NCBI GenBank assembly: GCA_032059445.1
Contig: DAMCAP010000005.1
Coordinates: 36,227 to 100,226, forward strand
DNA length: 64,000 bases
Direction of reading: 5' to 3'
Origin: Oscillospiraceae bacterium
GTDB lineage: Bacteria; Bacillota; Clostridia; Oscillospirales; Ruminococcaceae
The notes beneath the pieces were generated by a model. That model saw nothing but the letters and a program-made list of their open reading frames with translations. It had not been told where the DNA came from and made no database searches. How positions within the stretch are numbered: the first letter of the stretch is position 1; each line of letters begins with the position of its first letter. Positions 19,055-25,973 of the stretch are shown in pieces. Both the position numbers and the translations under genes were made by a program.

Positions 19055-19228
19055 GTACATGACCTGAGAGATTCCCATGCTGTACACGGTTGCTCCATCG
19101 GTGCTTACGCTCTCCAGAGATATGTCAAATTACGGTATTTTTACCTGAGATCTTCACCAAAATGCTGGCGTGCAAATTTGGCTTATTCCTTCGGCGCTTA
19201 ACACTTAAGTCTCTCCCGCAATTGTCAT
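19047..19228 (-). promoter_or_regulatory. tandem glycine riboswitch (two aptamers)
   Basis: Aptamer 1 on the minus strand reads GCGGGAGAG...GCGCCGAAGGAAUAAGCC...AUCUCAGGUAAAAAUACCG. Aptamer 2 reads CUCUGGAGAG...GCACCGAUGGAGCAACCG...AAUCUCUCAGGUCAUGUACAGAGC. Both match the glycine riboswitch consensus blocks as recalled from B. subtilis gcvT. Confidence 0.85.
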
Positions 19229-19265
19229 CCATTACTATTCACTTTTACGCTCGATTTACAATACT

Positions 19266-19294
19266 ATATTACAACATATCTGACAAGATTTCAA
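19266..19294 (-). promoter_or_regulatory. promoter of the grd operon
   Basis: Minus strand reads TTGAAA-17 nt-TAATAT, about 35 nt upstream of aptamer 1. Confidence 0.5.
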
Positions 19295-19352
19295 GTCTTT
19301 TTTACGCATAATGTTAAAAAATAATCGATAGCCGGATAAAGCTACGAAATAG

Positions 19353-20510
19353 CTAAGAATCTTGGCTTAATATACATTTTATAGACTTGATTACTGCATC
19401 AATCTGGTCGATTGTAGTGGTGGCTCCAACCGAAAACCTGACAACCCCCTGAGGGAAGGTGCCAAGACTTTTGTGAGCAGACGGTGCACAGTGCAGACCG
19501 CACCGGGTCATAATGCCGTAATTGCTCTCGAGAGAAAATCCAATCTCCGCATTGTCTTTGCCGACAAAATCAACTGCTACGATGGGGCAGCGCTTAAATG
19601 GGTCGGGCTCTCCGACTATCCGCACACCCGGCAGATCTTCGATCCCTGCTTGTAGGCGTGCGGCAAGCTGCTGCTCATGAAGGCGGATCTTATCGATGCC
19701 TTGTTGCTCCAGATAGACCAAAGCGGCATTAAGTCCATAGGTGGCAGGGAGATTCATGGTGCCAGCCTCAAACTTATCAGGCAAAAAGTCTGGGACATCT
19801 TCCGAATCAGACTTGCTGCCTGTGCCTCCGCTGATGAGCGGGTCGATTTCTGCTGCGAGCTCATCGGTAATTACAAAGCCGCCGATCCCCTGTGGGCCAA
19901 GTAAGGACTTGTGACCGGTAAAGCAGAGCGCATCAATGCACATCTCCTGCATGTCCACCGGGTAGATGCCCAGTGTCTGAGCAGCGTCTACGATGAAGCG
20001 AAGTCCCTTTTGACGGCAGATCTGCCCGATTTCACCGATCGGGAGGAGGGTGCCGCAGACATTGGACGCATGAAGCAGTAGGATTGCCTTTGTGCTTGGA
20101 GTGATCATGCCCTCGATCTCTGCGAGATTGGGGTAACCCTCTTGATTGCAGGGAATACGGGAGAAGGTAACGCCATACCTCTCCATCTGCACCAGAGGGC
20201 GCATCATAGCATTGTGCTCCATCGAGCTGACCAACACATGGTCGCCGGGTTTTAAGAGCCCCTTGATCAAAAAGTTGAGCGAAGTGGTGATGTTGTTGGT
20301 AAAGATCACGTTTTTGGGGTCAGGGTGACCTACTAGGCGGGCAAGCCTTAACCGTGTATCGTATACAACCATAGCCGCATTATAGGCTTCGTCGTAGCCA
20401 CCACGGCCAATGTTGCACCCGACCTGGGTGGTAAAAAACATCATTGCCTCGGCGACGCCAGACGCCTTGGGGAATGATGTGCTGGAGTTATCCATATAAA
20501 TTCTATCCAT
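19353..20510 (-). CDS. class V aminotransferase-fold cysteine desulfurase / selenocysteine lyase-like protein
   Basis: 385 aa with PLP-lysine motif FTGHKSLLGPQG and C-terminal active-site loop MTRCGLHCAPSAH. Confidence 0.8.
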   Translation of the reverse strand: MDRIYMDNSSTSFPKASGVAEAMMFFTTQVGCNIGRGGYDEAYNAAMVVYDTRLRLARLVGHPDPKNVIFTNNITTSLNFLIKGLLKPGDHVLVSSMEHNAMMRPLVQMERYGVTFSRIPCNQEGYPNLAEIEGMITPSTKAILLLHASNVCGTLLPIGEIGQICRQKGLRFIVDAAQTLGIYPVDMQEMCIDALCFTGHKSLLGPQGIGGFVITDELAAEIDPLISGGTGSKSDSEDVPDFLPDKFEAGTMNLPATYGLNAALVYLEQQGIDKIRLHEQQLAARLQAGIEDLPGVRIVGEPDPFKRCPIVAVDFVGKDNAEIGFSLESNYGIMTRCGLHCAPSAHKSLGTFPQGVVRFSVGATTTIDQIDAVIKSIKCILSQDS

Positions 20511-20703
20511 ATTCTACTCCCAATATACAGTTTACCTATTTATAATAAAGTATTTTTTGCTATTTTTCCAGTGGTATAGAAATTTATTATGTATATGAGG
20601 GGTTTATAGACTTCTACTATAGTTAATTGTTGGTTCTGAGAGAAAAGCCACGGAGGATATAGATGATCTCTATAAATACTGGAAACTTATAGAAACAAAC
20701 AAT

Positions 20704-20732
20704 TTAACATTTTGTGAACAATGCGATATACT
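20704..20732 (+). promoter_or_regulatory. candidate promoter for yedE
   Basis: TTAACA-17 nt-TATACT, 48 nt upstream of GTG 20780. Confidence 0.4.
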
Positions 20733-20779
20733 TTGTTAAGAGATTACCTAACTTTGCTTATTTTTTAGGAGGATGAAAA

Positions 20780-21850
20780 GTGGAAAAAAAGAAACTGATT
20801 GGAGCAGGTCTGCTAGTCGGTGCCATATCGGTGCTACTGGTGCATCTAGGCAACCCTGCAAACATGGGATTTTGTATTGCATGCTTCCTGCGTGACATGG
20901 CTGGCGCTATGGGTATGCACAAGGCTGCGGTGGTGCAGTATATGCGCCCCGAAATCATGGGCTTGGTACTGGGTGCTTTTGGCGTAGCCCTTTTAAACAA
21001 AGAGTTTAAGCCTAAGGGCGGCTCCTCACCGGTGCTTCGCTTTGTACTGGGCTTCTTTGTAATGATAGGTGCCCTGATGTTTCTGGGCTGCCCCTTACGT
21101 ATGGTACTGCGAATCGCAGGCGGTGACCTAAACGCTATCGTGGGTCTGGCAGGCTTTACTGCTGGCATTGCTTTGGGCGTTTACTTCCTTGGCAAGGGCT
21201 TTACCCTCAATCGCAGCTATAAGCAGCCTGTCAGCGATGGTGTTGCTTTTGTAGGTATGAATGTGCTGATGCTGGTGCTGTTGCTGGCAGTCCCTGCGGT
21301 GCTGATCTTTAGCGAGTCGGGCCCCGGCTCTAACCATGCGCCGATAGCTGCTTCTCTGATTGCAGGTTTAGTGGTTGGTGGGGTCGCTCAGCGTACTCGC
21401 CTGTGTATGGTAGGCGGTATCCGCGACGTCATGCTCTTTAAGGATTTCACCTTGATCTCTGGTTTCATTGCAATCCTTGTAGCTTCTGCCATTGGCAACT
21501 TTGCAACCGGTAAGTTTGCACTTGGCTTTGCCAATCAGCCTGTGGCTCACACCGATGGAGTATGGAACTTCCTTGGCATGGTGCTTGTTGGCCTTGGTGC
21601 TGTACTGCTGGGCGGCTGCCCACTGCGCCAGTTGATCCTCTCGGGTGAGGGCAACTCTGACTCGGTCGTAGCAGTGCTTGGCATGATCGTGGGCGCAGCC
21701 TTTTGCCATAACTTCGGTCTGGCATCTAGCGCCAAGGGCCCCACTGTAAATGGTCAGATAGCTGTAGTGCTTGGTCTGGTGATCGCGTTGGTGATTGCCT
21801 TTACCAACTGCAAGTCCTTTAGCAAGAGCAAATCAGAACAAACCGTCTAA
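20780..21850 (+). CDS. yedE: YedE/FdhT-family selenium-metabolism membrane protein
   Basis: 356 aa polytopic membrane protein with GTG start after AGGAGG. It has paired Cys motifs (NMGFCIACF, RTRLCMVGG) and sits directly upstream of a TusA-like gene. Confidence 0.8.
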   Translation: MEKKKLIGAGLLVGAISVLLVHLGNPANMGFCIACFLRDMAGAMGMHKAAVVQYMRPEIMGLVLGAFGVALLNKEFKPKGGSSPVLRFVLGFFVMIGALMFLGCPLRMVLRIAGGDLNAIVGLAGFTAGIALGVYFLGKGFTLNRSYKQPVSDGVAFVGMNVLMLVLLLAVPAVLIFSESGPGSNHAPIAASLIAGLVVGGVAQRTRLCMVGGIRDVMLFKDFTLISGFIAILVASAIGNFATGKFALGFANQPVAHTDGVWNFLGMVLVGLGAVLLGGCPLRQLILSGEGNSDSVVAVLGMIVGAAFCHNFGLASSAKGPTVNGQIAVVLGLVIALVIAFTNCKSFSKSKSEQTV

Positions 21851-21872
21851 CCATACGAAAGGAGATGCTGCT

Positions 21873-22082
21873 ATGAAAATCATCGATGCCTGCGGCAGAA
21901 GCTGCCCCGAGCCTGTAATCCTGACTAAGCAAGCGCTGAGCTCTAAGGAGGCTGCCTATCAGGTGCTGGTTGATAACAAGACCGCTGTAGAAAATGTAAC
22001 TCGCTTTGCTAGCAACAGCGGCTATACTGTAAAGGTTGAGCAGGAGCAGGAGACCTACAAGCTGCACCTGACTGCCAAGTAG
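21873..22082 (+). CDS. yedF: TusA-like sulfurtransferase-type selenium metabolism protein YedF
   Basis: 69 aa, MKIIDACGRSCPEPVILTK with a CPxP motif. RBS AAAGGAG. Confidence 0.8.
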   Translation: MKIIDACGRSCPEPVILTKQALSSKEAAYQVLVDNKTAVENVTRFASNSGYTVKVEQEQETYKLHLTAK

Positions 22083-22086
22083 AGGA

Positions 22087-22329
22087 ATGATGACCTACAT
22101 ATATACCTTTCATTCTCATTTTTTTGCTACCCGCTTTCATATGGGGCTCAAGGGTAAGGGGATCGGTTGCACCCTAATGCCTGTACCCCGCAGGGTCAGC
22201 TCTTCCTGCGGCACCTGCGCTAAGGTGTCAGGAGATTTTGACCCATTATCCCTAATCGATGACGGTGTCGAGCAGCTGTATCGGGTAGAGGGAGAGCAGC
22301 ATCAGCTGCTTTATGAGTCAGAGGAGTAG
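22087..22329 (+). CDS. DUF3343 (putative Se/S carrier-like) protein
   Basis: 80 aa. The pattern YIYTFHSHFFATRF...LMPVPRRVSSSCGTC matches the DUF3343 pattern (PvPreiSs-CG) from memory. Confidence 0.65.
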   Translation: MMTYIYTFHSHFFATRFHMGLKGKGIGCTLMPVPRRVSSSCGTCAKVSGDFDPLSLIDDGVEQLYRVEGEQHQLLYESEE

Positions 22330-22381
22330 CTTTGTAGCCGATAGTTGATTTATATAACTACTTGATCTAAGAAGACAAGCG

Positions 22382-22416
22382 AAAAGGATGTTATCCCATT
22401 AGGGTAACATCCTTTT
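22382..22416. terminator. bidirectional terminator between the DUF3343 gene and sigF
   Basis: AAAAGGATGTTATCCC-ATTA-GGGTAACATCCTTTT with A/T runs on both sides. Confidence 0.75.
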
Positions 22417-22443
22417 TATATATGGGCTATTATGCTCATGTGG

Positions 22444-23118
22444 TCATACTCCCAGCAGCTGCCCTCGCAGGGAGCTCAAGATCTTTTTCTCCCGTCTAGA
22501 GACTTGCACCTGGGTCATACCCAGCTCCTTGGCGGTTACGGCTTGGGTCTTATTACAGAAGTACCGCAGTACTATGATCTGGCGGTCGACGGTACCGAGG
22601 GTCGATACTACCTGCCGCAGGGAGATCAAATCAGAGATCAGCTCATCTTCGGACTCGGTGGGGATGTCAAGTTGACCGCCTCCGTTCTCATCCGACTCGG
22701 TGAGGGAGAGGGGAGGAGCACAGACATTGAGCGCCTCTACAACAGCTTCCTCACTGATCACCAGTGCATCTGAAATCTCGGTAATGGTGGGCTCGCGGTC
22801 GTTGCTATTGGTGAAGCTTTCGCGGAATCTGGCGATTTTGATAGAGAGCTCCTTGATGCTGCGGCTGATTTTCACAGCACCGCCGTCGCGAAAGAGCCTG
22901 CGCATTTCACCCAAAATCACCGGCACCGCATAGGTAGAAAACTTAACACCTCTTGAAAAATCAAAGCCGTCGGCAGCCTTGATCAGGCCGATACATCCAG
23001 CTTGAAATAGATCTTCGTACTCTATGCCACGCCCTTTAAACCGATGGGCGCAGGAGTGTACCAGACCGGTGTTGTCTTCAATCATTGCCTGACGGTCAAA
23101 TGTAGGGGCACTGTTCAT
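22444..23118 (-). CDS. sigF: sporulation sigma factor SigF
   Basis: Sigma-70 regions 2-4 (LVHSCAHRF, DLFQAGCIGLIKA, FSTYAVPVILGEMRR, ELGMTQVQVSRREKK) and third gene of a spoIIA-like operon. Start at MNSAP after GGAGG; the alternative start is 23136. Confidence 0.85.
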   Translation of the reverse strand: MNSAPTFDRQAMIEDNTGLVHSCAHRFKGRGIEYEDLFQAGCIGLIKAADGFDFSRGVKFSTYAVPVILGEMRRLFRDGGAVKISRSIKELSIKIARFRESFTNSNDREPTITEISDALVISEEAVVEALNVCAPPLSLTESDENGGGQLDIPTESEDELISDLISLRQVVSTLGTVDRQIIVLRYFCNKTQAVTAKELGMTQVQVSRREKKILSSLRGQLLGV

Positions 23119-23229
23119 CTTTACCTCCATCTGCAAGCTGCGTTACAGCTATGCTATTGATTGCACCGGGCATCATCCCCAAAAGCTGCTTGGGGCTTGT
23201 GTGATTGAGATGACGCCATGGAGCACAGA

Positions 23230-23673
23230 CTATCTGCTCTGAGCTTTGGAGCGGATGGTCTTATGTAAAGTGACGGTAGTGCCTGTACCGACCTTGGAGC
23301 GAACCTGTATCTTATCCATCATGCTTTCCATGACGCTAAAGCCTAGGCCCGAACGCTCACCGGTATCACAGGTGGTAAAGAGAGGCTCCATTGCCTTTGA
23401 GATGTCGCTGATGCCACAGCCTTTGTCCCTGATCTTGACGATCACAAGGTTGTCCTCACCGATGGCCACCGTTATGTAGATTTTGCCTACGACGTCTTTG
23501 TAACCATGTACAATGGCATTGGTGACTGCCTCTGATACAGCGGTCTTAATGTCAGAGATTTCATCGACAGTCGGGTCAAGCTGGGAGACAAACCCGCTGA
23601 CTGCTACTCTTGCAAAACCCTCGTTGATGGAGCGTCCATCAAGCTCCAGCTTAAACTGATTGAGTATTTTCAT
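23230..23673 (-). CDS. spoIIAB: anti-sigma F factor (serine kinase) SpoIIAB
   Basis: 147 aa with an HATPase_c fold (EAVTNAIVHG, DKGCGI, GLGFSVM). Confidence 0.85.
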   Translation of the reverse strand: MKILNQFKLELDGRSINEGFARVAVSGFVSQLDPTVDEISDIKTAVSEAVTNAIVHGYKDVVGKIYITVAIGEDNLVIVKIRDKGCGISDISKAMEPLFTTCDTGERSGLGFSVMESMMDKIQVRSKVGTGTTVTLHKTIRSKAQSR

Positions 23674-24016
23674 ATTCCTGCTCCATTCTGTCGTGTTTGT
23701 GAGGTTTGTTGTCGATGACCGCCAGCCTGTCTAGCCCCGAGAGCCGCATGACTGTGCGCATATGATGGGGAGTATTTTGGATCCGCAGCTTGCCATTGTA
23801 ATCAGTGACTAGCTTGTAGCGCCCCATTACTAGCCCGATCCCTGAGCTATCCATAAAGGTAACCCCACCAAAATCCAACACAAGCTCAGCGGGCTTGTCC
23901 TCATCAATGCAAAGATCAATGATGTTTCTGATCTCTCGGGCAGTATGATGGTCGATTTCACCTTGGAGATAAGCGATAGTTTGGGCTTGGTTTTTTTCCA
24001 GTACGACTGACATCAA
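23651..24016 (-). CDS. spoIIAA: anti-sigma F factor antagonist SpoIIAA (STAS)
   Basis: STAS domain with the phosphorylatable Ser in FMDSSGIGLV. It overlaps the spoIIAB start. Confidence 0.8.
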   Translation of the reverse strand: MMSVVLEKNQAQTIAYLQGEIDHHTAREIRNIIDLCIDEDKPAELVLDFGGVTFMDSSGIGLVMGRYKLVTDYNGKLRIQNTPHHMRTVMRLSGLDRLAVIDNKPHKHDRMEQEYENTQSV

Positions 24017-24143
24017 ATCTTCCTTTCTATGTAAATTGCGCCTAAATATACAAAAAAGCCATAGAGCTACTAATAGAATAGTCTCTATGGCTTAAAAAAA
24101 ATGTAGATTTGAGTAATCTGGTAAAATTTGAGTACAAACATGC

Positions 24144-24190
24144 AAAATAAAAGGGGCTTGCCGTCTGCACTGCTGCAAACGGCAAGTCCC
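24144..24190 (-). terminator. intrinsic terminator after folC
   Basis: Minus strand reads GGGACTTGCCGT-loop-ACGGCAAGCCCC followed by TTTTATTTTG. Confidence 0.65.
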
Positions 24191-24264
24191 TTCGGCTGCT
24201 TAAAGATACTACTTGCATCATTTGGGTTTAAATATCTTCTTATAACTGATAGCTCAAATGAAAT

Positions 24265-25548
24265 TTACTTAAAATATTCCATCACGATCCTGCGCATATC
24301 GGTAGCAAGGTAGAGGGAGCCGCAGATGACCAGTACATCTTCGGTGCCAAGATCCCTGACTGCCGCAGCAAAGGCTGCTTCAGGGCTTTCATAAGCGCTT
24401 ACGGCATCCTTAATAGTCTTTAGCTGCTCTGCCAGCTTCTCAGCAGATAGGGCTCTGGGGGTGGGAGGGGTGACGGTATGGATATGATCTACCATAGCGG
24501 CAAGCCTGCCTAAGGAGCTAGAAAAATCCTTATCTCCCAGCATCCCGATGATTAAGGAGATCTTGCGATCTTTTACCATCTCTAGTGCGTTGCAGAGCAC
24601 ATCAATACCCGATTGATTGTGGGCACCATCTAAAATAATAGTAGGCTTTGTGTGCAGCAGCTCCATACGGGCAGGGAAACGCACCTTTGCAATGCCCTCC
24701 TCGATACAGGCATCAGAAATCTGATAGCCATGCGCTTCTCTTAAATAAAGCAGCGCCTCTACAGCGTTTAAGAAGTTGTTGATCTGATGAGAGCCCGGCA
24801 GAGGCAGTAGGATATCAAGCCCCTTGTAGCGTAGTCTTGTACCCTCAAGGCCGGTTGAACGTACCTCTACAGCGCCGCGATCACCGATGATCAGCTGATT
24901 GCTATGCAGAGCGGCTTGCTCTTTGATTACCTCTAGCGCCAGTGGGTACTGATCAGGGTAACAGACGGTGACGGAGCCCTCTTTGATGATACCGCACTTT
25001 TCGTATGCGATTTTATCAATGGTATCGCCCAGTATCTCTACATGATCAAGGCTAATTGAACAGATCACAGAGGCAAGTGGCGGCTTAATCACATTGGTGG
25101 CGTCGTAGCGGCCACCAAGCCCTACCTCGAGAGATACGATGTCGCAACCGCTGCGGGCAAACCATTCAAAGGCGATGGCGGTTACCAACTCAAACTCAAT
25201 AGGACCCTCTCCCTCTGCGGTCATCTGATCGGCAAACTGCTTGACATAAGCAGCGCACTCGATCAGTTCATCCTGACTGATCATCTCGTTGTTGATCTGC
25301 ATCCGCTCTCTAAAGTCGATGACAAAGGGGGAGATGTATTTGCCGGTTTTGTAGCCTGCATTTTGTAGCACACTGGCAATCATGGTCGTGGTAGATCCCT
25401 TGCCGTTGGTGCCTGCAATATGCACATATTTAAGCTTATCTTGGGGGTTGCCCATCAGGGCAAGCAGACGGGTGATGTTATTTAGCCCTGCTTTTTTGCC
25501 AAATTTATTGAGGGAATGGATGTAATCTAATGTCTGCTGATAATCCAT
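24265..25548 (-). CDS. folC: bifunctional folylpolyglutamate synthase / dihydrofolate synthase
   Basis: 427 aa with Mur-ligase P-loop HIAGTNGKGST and typical FolC architecture, downstream of valS as in many Firmicutes. Confidence 0.85.
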   Translation of the reverse strand: MDYQQTLDYIHSLNKFGKKAGLNNITRLLALMGNPQDKLKYVHIAGTNGKGSTTTMIASVLQNAGYKTGKYISPFVIDFRERMQINNEMISQDELIECAAYVKQFADQMTAEGEGPIEFELVTAIAFEWFARSGCDIVSLEVGLGGRYDATNVIKPPLASVICSISLDHVEILGDTIDKIAYEKCGIIKEGSVTVCYPDQYPLALEVIKEQAALHSNQLIIGDRGAVEVRSTGLEGTRLRYKGLDILLPLPGSHQINNFLNAVEALLYLREAHGYQISDACIEEGIAKVRFPARMELLHTKPTIILDGAHNQSGIDVLCNALEMVKDRKISLIIGMLGDKDFSSSLGRLAAMVDHIHTVTPPTPRALSAEKLAEQLKTIKDAVSAYESPEAAFAAAVRDLGTEDVLVICGSLYLATDMRRIVMEYFK

Positions 25549-25973
25549 AATGTATCCTCCCGAACTCTTTGGTGTAGTGGTGTGCAGGTGTATGTGGCTC
25601 CAATATTCGATGGTGCTGGGTGATCGCGAGCAAAATTAACACATCGATACAGAATCTCTTTACATGGGTACTGCATGCGATTGTACTAGGCAAAATAGGG
25701 GGAGTGCGCCCCAAGGGAACACCCTTTGTTATCCCAACGGCCTTGGCGATTGCTACAGACTACGCCTGCTTGCGATAGCCAAGGGGCTGCCCTTGCATGG
25801 CTACTCTTCTAATTTGCTACAGCCGTATCATGTTTAATACCTGCGGTTACAAATAACGATGCGCCCATAATCGCCTGAAGCGGTCGACGCAGCGCAGCCC
25901 GATGCATCTGTTGAGGGCTGCCCAGCGTCTATTATAATGGGAAATGGTATGCGTGCCAAAAAAGTTATATTGT

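Noticed and set aside
18932-19087. N-terminal 52 codons of track ORF 18563..19087.
   Set aside because: This stretch coincides with the riboswitch expression platform and leader terminator. A good RBS precedes the internal ATG at 18931, which gives the expected ~120 aa GrdX.
25549-25740. THF riboswitch upstream of folC.
   Set aside because: The minus-strand sequence does not contain the conserved THF aptamer blocks that I recall from the Eubacterium siraeum example.
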